DNA of 64,000 nt from an uncultured Candidatus Saccharibacteria bacterium (lineage in GTDB: Bacteria; Patescibacteriota; Minisyncoccia; UBA6257; Colwellbacteraceae). Below the pieces are notes generated by a model, which saw nothing but the letters and a program-made list of their open reading frames with translations, had not been told where the DNA came from and did not search any database. Both the position numbers and the translations under genes were made by a program. The stretch is from positions 6,526-70,525 of the forward strand of contig CAYHTW010000001.1 in assembly GCA_964360065.1 (NCBI GenBank). The letters run 5' to 3'. Below, one piece after another: positions 38,072-46,201 of the stretch. How positions within the stretch are numbered: the stretch's first letter is position 1; every line of letters starts with the position of its first letter.

Positions 38072-38086
38072 ATTATATCATACTTA
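38072..38086 (-). promoter_or_regulatory. Extended -10 promoter of the pilin-like gene
   Basis: TAAGTA-TGa-TATAAT, 12 nt before ATG. Confidence 0.6.
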
Positions 38087-38119
38087 TAGTTATCAATGGG
38101 TCTATGGCATCAATAATAT

Positions 38120-38145
38120 CATCGGTTTCATTAATGAAACCGATG
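38120..38145. repeat. Perfect 26-bp palindrome
   Basis: catcggtttcatt/aatgaaaccgatg. Confidence 0.95.
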
Positions 38146-38190
38146 GAAAGCATGAGAATATTAGGTGTTTATTTTTTGACATCAAATTTC

Positions 38191-38325
38191 AAAAGTCCCT
38201 ACCCCCGCTTGAAATCCCGGGCAATTAAACCAAGGTGGGTGGACTCAGCTCTCAGCCCAAGGGCTGGAACGATATCGTCCTCCCTTCAATTAATGTTTGA
38301 TCCGGAAACATTAAGGGATAGGGAC
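38191..38325 (-). ncRNA. ssrS: Probable compact 6S RNA
   Basis: 11-bp closing stem GUCCCUAUCCC/GGGGUAGGGAC plus UUUU, central bubble, CCGG/CCGG, UUGAAGGGAGG..CCACCCACCU; TATAAT at 38332-38337. Confidence 0.62.
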
Positions 38326-38366
38326 GCTATTATTATACACTAACCCCTTACCCCTCAAAACAAGAG

Positions 38367-38972
38367 TTATTCTAAAATGCCGTCCAAATTGACATCGTAG
38401 ATGATAGATTCGTTAATAAGGCGATAATCAGTGAGTTCGTCATCCTTGAACCAAAGAGCTATCTCTTTTTCTGCTTCATCTGGAGAACCGGAAGCGTGAA
38501 TGAGGTTTCTCACAGCTCGCCCGCCGACATCCGCCATCTCGTAAGAGTCTGTAGTGAAGTCACCTCTAATAGTACCTACGTCTGATGTTAAAGGCTCTGT
38601 GCCCCCGGTTATTTTTCTCACTATGCCCACCGCATGCATCCCCTGCCAAACCATAGCTACTACCGGACCAGCCGCAAGATATTTTTTCAAGCTTTTTAAA
38701 ATTATTTCCGTGACTTTTACGGGGTCTTCCGATGGAGGAATTTTCCCTTTCTTTTTATAAGACTCAATGGTTTTCAGGCCAGTCTTAACGCGCCACTCCG
38801 GGTCAACTAAATAATGCTTTTCAACAAAGTCGGCCGGAGCAACAGTCATTTTTAAACCCACCAACTTGAGACCCGATTGTTCGTAACGCTTAATTATTTC
38901 TCCTATCAAACTTCTCTGAACGCCATCTGGTTTGATAACTACCAAAGTTCTTTCTTTTTTGATGTTTTTCAT
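38367..38972 (-). CDS. ndk: Nucleoside diphosphate kinase
   Basis: ERTLVVIKPDGVQR, GTIRGDF, RNLIHAS. Confidence 0.95.
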   Translation of the reverse strand: MKNIKKERTLVVIKPDGVQRSLIGEIIKRYEQSGLKLVGLKMTVAPADFVEKHYLVDPEWRVKTGLKTIESYKKKGKIPPSEDPVKVTEIILKSLKKYLAAGPVVAMVWQGMHAVGIVRKITGGTEPLTSDVGTIRGDFTTDSYEMADVGGRAVRNLIHASGSPDEAEKEIALWFKDDELTDYRLINESIIYDVNLDGILE

Positions 38973-38979
38973 CCCAGTA

Positions 38980-40398
38980 TTACTTTCTCTTTCTTATTTC
39001 TATGTTTAGTTCTTTCAATTGTTCCTCCGAAACTTCGGATGGTGCTCCCATCAGGAGGTCTCTGCCGTCCCCTGTCTTCGGGAAAGCGATGACCTCTCTG
39101 ATGTTCGGTTCGTTTTCTATAATCATCAGGAACCTGTCTATGCCGGGGGCGATGCCGCCATGTGGCGGAACACCATATTCAAAAGCTTCCAAAAGATGAC
39201 CGAATTTTTCTTTAACAGCTGCGAGGTTGTTGCCCATAACTTCAAAAACAGAAGCCAGGAGTTCTGGGTTGTGAGTTCTGATTGATCCTCCACCTATCTC
39301 GTAACCGTTCAGAACGAAATCGTATTGTTTAGCAAGTATGGCAGCTGGATCTTTCTTAAACTGTTCTAAGAAATCTGCCTTGTCTCTAACCGCCGGTTGT
39401 GTAAAGGGATGATGAACAGCGTCCCAGCGTTTTTCGCTCTCTTTCCATTCAAACATAGGAAAATCAACCACAAAACAAAATGCCAATTCATCGGGGTCGT
39501 TCTTTCCGCCAGCTGGCGGATTTCTCAAATCCGGCTTATCGGAATTATATTTCTCCATAACTTCTTTGTAAGTCAGTCTCGGAAAAGGAATTTGTTGGAT
39601 CTTTTTATGCGGGTAGAGTTCTTTTACAATTTTAATATAGAGTTCTTCTATTAAAGCCAAGATTTCCTCTTTCTCAATGAAGCTCATTTCAATATCAAGC
39701 TGGGTAAACTCCGGCTGTCTGTCGCCGCGGGTATCTTCGTCTCTAAAACATCTGGCTATCTGGAAATAACGTTCTAAGCCTCCAACCATAAGAAGCTGTT
39801 TGTACTGCTGTGGAGACTGTGGCAAGGCATAGAAATTGCCGGGGTAAATCCTACTCGGCACTAAATAGTCTCTGGCTCCTTCTGGAGTTGATTTGCCTAA
39901 ACTCGGAGTCTCTACCTCTACGAATCCTTCTGCAGTTAGAAAATCACGCATGAATTTAATAACTTTGTGGCGGTTGCGTATATTTTTAGCTACCCTAGGC
40001 CTCCTCATGTCCAAGTAACGGTATTGCATACGAAGATCTTCGCTTATTTCGTGGCCGTCAGTATACAGGGCAAACGGAGGAGTTTTCGCTTTAGTAATAA
40101 TCTCCAGATTTTTTACTTTGACTTCAACTTTACCAGTCTTCAGAGTTTCATTTTGCATGCCGGCAGGACGCTCGGCCACTATTCCTTTAACTCTGATAAC
40201 CCATTCTGGACGGAGAGTGTCGGCCAGAGCGTAAAGCTCGGGGTTTTCTTTGGGCACAAAAACCATTTGGACAAGACCGGATCTATCACGAAGGTCAATA
40301 AAAATGATTTTCCCATGGTCACGGCGAGTATCAACCCAACCGGCCAATTCTACCTCTTGCCCTACTTTCGTAAGGACTTCTTCTGTTAGAATTCGCAT
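38980..40398 (-). CDS. aspS: Aspartyl-tRNA synthetase (no GAD domain)
   Basis: RRDHGK, TPEGARDY, LPQSPQ, DRQPEFTQLD, PPHGGIA. Confidence 0.96.
   Translation of the reverse strand: MRILTEEVLTKVGQEVELAGWVDTRRDHGKIIFIDLRDRSGLVQMVFVPKENPELYALADTLRPEWVIRVKGIVAERPAGMQNETLKTGKVEVKVKNLEIITKAKTPPFALYTDGHEISEDLRMQYRYLDMRRPRVAKNIRNRHKVIKFMRDFLTAEGFVEVETPSLGKSTPEGARDYLVPSRIYPGNFYALPQSPQQYKQLLMVGGLERYFQIARCFRDEDTRGDRQPEFTQLDIEMSFIEKEEILALIEELYIKIVKELYPHKKIQQIPFPRLTYKEVMEKYNSDKPDLRNPPAGGKNDPDELAFCFVVDFPMFEWKESEKRWDAVHHPFTQPAVRDKADFLEQFKKDPAAILAKQYDFVLNGYEIGGGSIRTHNPELLASVFEVMGNNLAAVKEKFGHLLEAFEYGVPPHGGIAPGIDRFLMIIENEPNIREVIAFPKTGDGRDLLMGAPSEVSEEQLKELNIEIRKRK
39505..39520. repeat. Perfect 16-bp palindrome tccgccagctggcgga in frame in aspS
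   Basis: Encodes NPPAGG within PDLR-NPPAGG-KNDP. Confidence 0.85.
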
Positions 40399-40416
40399 AA
40401 AAGTGAGTCCATCATA

Positions 40417-41259
40417 TCATCTTTCTTTGAAAATATTAAGCCTGCCATTATCAGCCTCAATATGCACCGTACCGTCCTTATCGTTTCTGTAAATGGCCGA
40501 GCCTATTGCCACGAGTCTATCTATGGCAGCTTTAGTAGGATGTCCGTAAGTATTTTTACCTACTTGGATCACGGAGACTGCGGGGGTGGCCTCTCTAAGA
40601 AATTCATCTCCACTGGAGTACTTGGAGCCGTGGTGGGCTACCTTCAAGATATCAATATTGACATCATATTTTTCAACCAAACGATGCTCTACGTCAAAAC
40701 CGATATCTCCGGTAAATAAGGTTTTTACTCCGCCTGAAAACAGCTCGGCCGCCAGAACGGTATTGTTTAATTCTGTGTCCCCCAGTTCTGTCTTGTCTGG
40801 AGAAAGGAATTTAATTTCACTCTCCATGTATTTAATACTATCTCCCTCCATCAAGCGCAGAGTATTCACGCGCTTTGAGTTAAGAGCCGAGACTAAACTC
40901 TTCCAACTTTCATTCTCACCCTGACGTCCGTTCCAAATAAAGTAACCTACCTCGTAACGGTCAAGGAGAGAGATAAGTCCAGTGAAATGGTCGGCCTGGG
41001 GATGGGAAAGAATGACTAAATCTATTCGCCTATCAGTAGCCGGCAAAATTTTTCCTAGATTGCTCAATAGTGTTTTATCTGGGCCTCCGTCAAAAAGAAT
41101 TTTTGCTCCCCCAGGTAGAATTGCCAGAGCAGAATCTCCCTGACCTATCTCCATAAAGTAAAGATTGAGATAATTATTTGGCCCTCCTATAACTACCCAG
41201 TACCAAACGAGAGCATTAAGAAGAAATAGACCCAAATAAATTGATGATAAAGATTTCAT
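40417..41259 (-). CDS. ComEC C-terminal metallo-beta-lactamase-fold protein
   Basis: IGQGDS, SHPQADH, TGDI, KVAHHGS, YGHP. Confidence 0.9.
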   Translation of the reverse strand: MKSLSSIYLGLFLLNALVWYWVVIGGPNNYLNLYFMEIGQGDSALAILPGGAKILFDGGPDKTLLSNLGKILPATDRRIDLVILSHPQADHFTGLISLLDRYEVGYFIWNGRQGENESWKSLVSALNSKRVNTLRLMEGDSIKYMESEIKFLSPDKTELGDTELNNTVLAAELFSGGVKTLFTGDIGFDVEHRLVEKYDVNIDILKVAHHGSKYSSGDEFLREATPAVSVIQVGKNTYGHPTKAAIDRLVAIGSAIYRNDKDGTVHIEADNGRLNIFKER

Positions 41260-42514
41260 ATCCTAAGAATAATCCGGTTATCCATGCGACTAAAAGTGAT
41301 AAGTGGTAAGAAATTAAGCCAAAGGCCACCGTCACGAACCCTAGAAACATCGTAATCGGCATTAACCCCAGTATCAATACATTAGTAAGCAAGGACCACG
41401 GAGAAAAATAACCGAAAGTGCTGATAATAATCGGGAAGGCAGCCAACTGCGCTGAAGTCGTCTGGAGGGCGTTTTCTTTCCAATTCAAGAAACCTCCCTT
41501 GACTCTTACTTTAAATAATTTCTGGAGCAGTTTTTCTAATAACGGCTGAATATAAACCATACCAATGAGAGCCGCAAAAGAAAGCTGGAAGCCGACATTA
41601 AAGACCAGTAAATCTGGATTAAAGAGAAGCATAATGGCGGCCGTAAGTGTGATAGCATTTCTGACGCTATAAAGGCGGCTGTTTTGTTTGGAGATTAAAA
41701 AGATTACACCCATAATTGCGGCCCTAACAACTGACTCTTCCGCTCCAGTCATAACTACAAATGCAATCACAAAAAGAACCGAAAGCCAGAAGGCTGTTCT
41801 TCTTTTAGTGAAATAAATAAAGATGCTCGCTAAGCCGACGGTGATTATGGAAATGTTGTACCCAGAAAGAGCTACTAGGTGCGTTGTGCCGCTATTTTTT
41901 AAATTAGTCACAAAACCATCCGAAAACTCAGCTCTCTCGCCGAAAAGAAGGCCAGATAAAAAGGCAGCTTTTTCTTGTGGAAGAACCTGAAATATTTTTG
42001 AGACCAGCGTCTCCTTGAAAGAAAAGAGTTTTAACTTTAAGTAACTGCCTTCGTTGAGACCAGTATCTTTTATTAAAGGGCGATTAACATAATTAAGTCT
42101 GCTTGAAGCCGATTCTGTGATTTCGCCCGTAACTATTAAAACATCTCCGTATGAAAACCCAGGATATAGCGGAACGTAAAGTCTCACTTCCCCACCGTAA
42201 GGCTTTTGCAGAGTCACATCTAATTGCTGGTCATCAAGACCGGACTTAGGGTACCCAGAAACAATGGCAACAAAAGATATCTGCTCATCCAATGGAAAGT
42301 TTTGCTGATCTGCTGAATGATATAGGTGGTAATAAAAAGAACCTGAGAATAGGGAAAGGAGCACCATGCATCCCCAAAATAACCTTCCGTCTTTCGCCCA
42401 CCAGACTAGAGCAGTAACGGCAACCGCTAAAAAGAAATTTAAGGAAAGGCTGGCTACTCCAACGCCTAAAATAAAGAAAAGTGAGAAATAAAAAACGATG
42501 TCGTGTATCCGCAT
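41216..42514 (-). CDS. comEC: ComEC/Rec2 competence channel (N-terminal part)
   Basis: GTTHLVALSGYN, SVVRAAIM, GFQLSFAA. Confidence 0.92.
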   Translation of the reverse strand: MRIHDIVFYFSLFFILGVGVASLSLNFFLAVAVTALVWWAKDGRLFWGCMVLLSLFSGSFYYHLYHSADQQNFPLDEQISFVAIVSGYPKSGLDDQQLDVTLQKPYGGEVRLYVPLYPGFSYGDVLIVTGEITESASSRLNYVNRPLIKDTGLNEGSYLKLKLFSFKETLVSKIFQVLPQEKAAFLSGLLFGERAEFSDGFVTNLKNSGTTHLVALSGYNISIITVGLASIFIYFTKRRTAFWLSVLFVIAFVVMTGAEESVVRAAIMGVIFLISKQNSRLYSVRNAITLTAAIMLLFNPDLLVFNVGFQLSFAALIGMVYIQPLLEKLLQKLFKVRVKGGFLNWKENALQTTSAQLAAFPIIISTFGYFSPWSLLTNVLILGLMPITMFLGFVTVAFGLISYHLSLLVAWITGLFLGYEIFIINLFGSISS

Positions 42515-43068
42515 TAGAACTCTACGGCAATCTTGGCAAATTCTTTCTTGTTAAAAGGATGTTTAATTTCTTTCATCTCTGTGACAAGATCGGCGCGCTT
42601 GACAAAAGATTCCGGCGCATCACGGCCCGTAAAAAGCACTATCTTTTCGGTCGGCAAGTCTTTTATTGTTTCTAAAACCTCTTCTGCGGTTAATAACCCC
42701 AAGGAAACCGCGACATTCACCTCATCAAGAATCAGAACATCTCTTTGGCACAATTCGCTCTTGAAATAATTTAATGCCTCTTTCGCCGCTTTAGAGTGCT
42801 CCTCTTTCGGTAGCTTGTCTCCCAAGATGCCTACGAATCCTAATCCCATCTTTTTAAGTTCAAAGCTTCCCTTGCCGGTCGCTTTATTTTCCCCGTCTAA
42901 GGAGAGTCCGATCTTGGTGGAAATTTCAATAAAATCTTCACCTGATTTCCAAGGACCTTTAATAAACTGGATCATCAAAACGTTTCTTCCACGTCCAACT
43001 GCACGAACTGCCTGACCAAGCGCCGCTGTTGTCTTACCTTTTCCGTTGCCCGTGAAAACTATCAGCAC
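42514..43068 (-). CDS. cobO: Cob(I)alamin adenosyltransferase (CobO/BtuR family)
   Basis: TGNGKGKTTAALG, QFIKG, LDEVN, TGRDAP, ADLVTEM..IKHP. Confidence 0.92.
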   Translation of the reverse strand: MLIVFTGNGKGKTTAALGQAVRAVGRGRNVLMIQFIKGPWKSGEDFIEISTKIGLSLDGENKATGKGSFELKKMGLGFVGILGDKLPKEEHSKAAKEALNYFKSELCQRDVLILDEVNVAVSLGLLTAEEVLETIKDLPTEKIVLFTGRDAPESFVKRADLVTEMKEIKHPFNKKEFAKIAVEF

Positions 43069-43099
43069 TTATATAATATTCAATAATTAATTTGAATTT

Positions 43100-43120
43100 A
43101 TTATAACATACTTAAGTATG
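43100..43120 (-). promoter_or_regulatory. Extended -10 promoter overlapped by a 14-bp palindrome (cobO-comEC operon)
   Basis: TGt-TATAAT; catacttaagtatg at 43107-43120. Confidence 0.55.
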
Positions 43121-43145
43121 GTCCGGATAATTAGGCAGTTTGATT

Positions 43146-44216
43146 TTAAACTGTAATCACTCCCCCGCCAAGCATTTCTCCTTTCGGAGAATAAAAAACG
43201 GCTGACTGGCCGGGAGTCACGAATTTTTGAGGACGATCAAAAACAAGTTCTAATGAGCCTTCTTGCCCTTCAACAAGAATGGCCTTACTAAGGGGCTGCC
43301 TATAACGCAGACGAGCATAAACTTCTATGCCTTTTTGATTTTTATGCTGATTTTTTAAAACTAAATTGGTTGAGTTTAGTTTAACAAGCTTCGTTCGAGT
43401 GGTCTTAATTTCTTCCTCATCTCCTAAAACCAAAGTATTAGTCAAAGCGTCTTTGCTTATCACGTAATACGGCTTGTTGCCCGAGATTTTAATACCGTGC
43501 CTCTGGCCAATAGTGTAGAAATAATTGCCTTCGTGTTCTCCCAAGGTTTCTCCCGTAACACTTAAAACCTTACCTCTTTTAACAGGCAGATATTCTCCAA
43601 GGAAATCTCGCATTCTGACCTTGCCTATGAAACAAAGCCCCTGAGAATCTTTCTTCTGGGCCGTAGGTAGCTTAGCATGCTCGGCAATACGCCTGACTTC
43701 TGATTTCAAATAATCGCCAATCGGGAAAAGACTGTGGCTCAACTCATACTGCCCCAGAGTCCACAAAAAATATGATTGGTCCTTGGCCTTATCCCTGGCG
43801 GCTTCTATCACGAATTCTTTACCATACTTGCCAAGCTTCACGTAGTGACCGGTAGCGATGTAGTCTGCTCCCAATTCCAAAGCCTTCTTCAGGAAAAGTC
43901 CGAACTTAATTTCTTTGTTACACATCACGTCCGGATTGGGGGTAAAACCGTCCGCGTAACCATTAACCATATAGTCCACCACCGAAAGTTTGTAATCTTC
44001 TTCCAAATTCAAGACATAGAAAGGGATATCCAAAACTTCAGCTACACGCCTGGCATCTTCAGCGTCAGCTATGTTACAGCCATCTTTATTCCAGCAACGT
44101 AAATGGATTCCGACTACGTCGTAGCCTTGTTTCTTCAGAAGATAGGCCGCTACGGAAGAATCCACTCCCCCTGAAAGGCCGACAAAGACTTTAGGCTTTC
44201 TCAACTCTTTCAACAT
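43146..44216 (-). CDS. mnmA: tRNA-specific 2-thiouridylase
   Basis: SGGVDS, TPNPDVMCN, ATGHY, KDQSYFL, TPGQ; start moved to MLKE. Confidence 0.95.
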   Translation of the reverse strand: MLKELRKPKVFVGLSGGVDSSVAAYLLKKQGYDVVGIHLRCWNKDGCNIADAEDARRVAEVLDIPFYVLNLEEDYKLSVVDYMVNGYADGFTPNPDVMCNKEIKFGLFLKKALELGADYIATGHYVKLGKYGKEFVIEAARDKAKDQSYFLWTLGQYELSHSLFPIGDYLKSEVRRIAEHAKLPTAQKKDSQGLCFIGKVRMRDFLGEYLPVKRGKVLSVTGETLGEHEGNYFYTIGQRHGIKISGNKPYYVISKDALTNTLVLGDEEEIKTTRTKLVKLNSTNLVLKNQHKNQKGIEVYARLRYRQPLSKAILVEGQEGSLELVFDRPQKFVTPGQSAVFYSPKGEMLGGGVITV

Positions 44217-44760
44217 AGCTTCCTGTTTCGGTGTTAACCCGGACAGTGTCTCCAGTGCTAATGAAAAGAGGGACATTAACTTTGGCACCTGACTCAAGAG
44301 TAACTGTCTTATTGCCCCCCGAAGCAGTATCACCTTTAATCGCCGGCGGAGCATCCATTACTTTATACTCGGCTTTAATAGGTAGTTTGGTACCTACGAT
44401 ATTATCTTCAAAAGTCAGGGCTACTAAAATCATATTAGGCTTAAGGTAGAGCACTTGAGCTCCCAGCTTCTCCTCGCTAATCTGAAAACGCTTGGAGGGG
44501 TCTTTGGGATAGCAGAACCAATGTTCTCCTCTGTGACCATAAAGATATTTAATATCCTTTTTATCCATCTCGGCTTCATAAATAGAATCATTCTGGTGGA
44601 AAGTCTGTTCTCTAACTGAACCTGTAACAAGATTTTTGATTCTGGTCTTACTCACCGGTTTTCTTTGCTGCATTCTTAAAAATTCGTAATCTAAAACTTC
44701 CCAAGGTGTTCCTTCAAGAACTATAAACGTGCCGGGTTTTAATTCGTTATATGAAAGCAT
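44191..44760 (-). CDS. efp: Elongation factor P
   Basis: YLY, KGDTA, TLESG..VPLFI..GD..VNT; loop reads RMQQRKP. Confidence 0.9.
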   Translation of the reverse strand: MLSYNELKPGTFIVLEGTPWEVLDYEFLRMQQRKPVSKTRIKNLVTGSVREQTFHQNDSIYEAEMDKKDIKYLYGHRGEHWFCYPKDPSKRFQISEEKLGAQVLYLKPNMILVALTFEDNIVGTKLPIKAEYKVMDAPPAIKGDTASGGNKTVTLESGAKVNVPLFISTGDTVRVNTETGSYVERVEKA

Positions 44761-44763
44761 AGG

Positions 44764-46194
44764 TTATTTATCTTCTACCTGTGTGTCTTTACTGATGGAC
44801 TTGGAGAGTACTTCACGAAGCTCTTCCAGATTAGGAGCTTTCCTTTCTTTTTTAGGATGGACAAGGATATTCAAGGGGCTCTCTTCTCGCCTCTCTGATT
44901 TTTCGGCTACTTCCTGCCTGCCCTTTTGCATGTCTTCGTTTATTTTACGACTCACCGTTTCGGCTGGGGTGCCGTATTTAGCGCGATTGTTTTCAATGAT
45001 GGCCTCCATTGGAGAATGCTCCGTCATTGGCTTAGGAGGAAGAGTTTCCGCCGAAAATGGCTTAGATGCGATACCGTCAATCATCAGTTTTATATAAATA
45101 CTGTATTTTGACAAGTTCACTAGGTCAGTTGCCAGGAACTCGGGGGAAAATTCTTTCTCCATAAATTCAGCGTCTTCGGCTCCGATCCTGAAGAGTACAA
45201 TGGTGCCGACGTTTCCGAAAACAGCCGGACGAACCTTTTCATCAAGCTGTTCAATGTACTGATGAGCCAAAACCAAATCAAGTCTGTATTTCCTAGCCTC
45301 GGAGAGAATACTGGCGAAAGACTCTGTTGCAAAGTTTTGAAACTCATCCACATAGAGATAGAAATCTTTTCTTTCTTTCTCTGGAATGTTGACACGACCC
45401 ATGGCCGCTAATTGCATTTTTGTGATAAGAATGGCGCCTAGGAGAGCGGAGTTGTCTTCTCCGATTCTGCCTTTAGAGAGGTTAGCAATAAAAATCTTCC
45501 CTTCGTCCATCATCTCTCTAATGTTTATGGTGGAGTGGGGCTGACCGATAATATTTCTGATCAAGGGATTAGCTACAAACTGGCCGATCTTATTCAGAAT
45601 AGAGGCCGTAGCTTCTGATTCCAGTTTCTGGGTGTAACGAGAAAACTCGTTAATCCAGAAATTTTTTATAATAGGGTCTTCTAGCCCAGAGACTACTTCT
45701 TTCCTGTAGTCTTTATCGGTTAAAAGCCTGATAACTCCCAAGATAGTTGAGTTCGGGTATTCCAGAAGGGATAGAATGGCGTTATTTAAAATGTACTCCA
45801 TGCGAGCGGACCAGACATCGGGCCAAATCTTTTTAAAGACGCCCATAAGCCCCGAGGCCACAATGTGACGATGCTCATCGCCAACTTTTTCCAGGGGGTT
45901 AAACCCAATGGGGTAATTAACGTCTCCAGGATTAAAGTAAATAACGTCGTCGATCCTATTTTCAGGCACAAAATTGAGAATTTTTTCGGCAAAGTCACCG
46001 TGTGGGTCAATAAGACCTACACCGCGACCGGAAGTCATATCTTCAATGATCATATTTTCCATCATGGTCGTTTTACCGCTGCCGGTTTTACCAATGACGT
46101 ATATATGGCGACGCCTGTCGTCGGTTTTAATGCCGAAAACGGCTTCCCCCTTCCTAAAATTGGTTTTGCCAAGAGGCGTAATAATTTCGTCCAT
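44764..46194 (-). CDS. Type IV secretion coupling-protein-like/HerA-like ATPase
   Basis: DRRRHIYVIGKTGSGKT, IDPHGD, LYVDEFQ, SEARKY, AHQY. Confidence 0.85.
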   Translation of the reverse strand: MDEIITPLGKTNFRKGEAVFGIKTDDRRRHIYVIGKTGSGKTTMMENMIIEDMTSGRGVGLIDPHGDFAEKILNFVPENRIDDVIYFNPGDVNYPIGFNPLEKVGDEHRHIVASGLMGVFKKIWPDVWSARMEYILNNAILSLLEYPNSTILGVIRLLTDKDYRKEVVSGLEDPIIKNFWINEFSRYTQKLESEATASILNKIGQFVANPLIRNIIGQPHSTINIREMMDEGKIFIANLSKGRIGEDNSALLGAILITKMQLAAMGRVNIPEKERKDFYLYVDEFQNFATESFASILSEARKYRLDLVLAHQYIEQLDEKVRPAVFGNVGTIVLFRIGAEDAEFMEKEFSPEFLATDLVNLSKYSIYIKLMIDGIASKPFSAETLPPKPMTEHSPMEAIIENNRAKYGTPAETVSRKINEDMQKGRQEVAEKSERREESPLNILVHPKKERKAPNLEELREVLSKSISKDTQVEDK

Positions 46195-46201
46195 AATATT
46201 C

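Noticed and set aside
38104-38343. 79-aa plus-strand ORF
   Set aside because: Overlaps the palindrome and the 6S-like RNA on the opposite strand; no recognisable protein features.
44910-44924. cctgcctgcc half-match to the 22-bp palindrome in the ATPase tail
   Set aside because: Only one 10-bp arm; compatible with chance.
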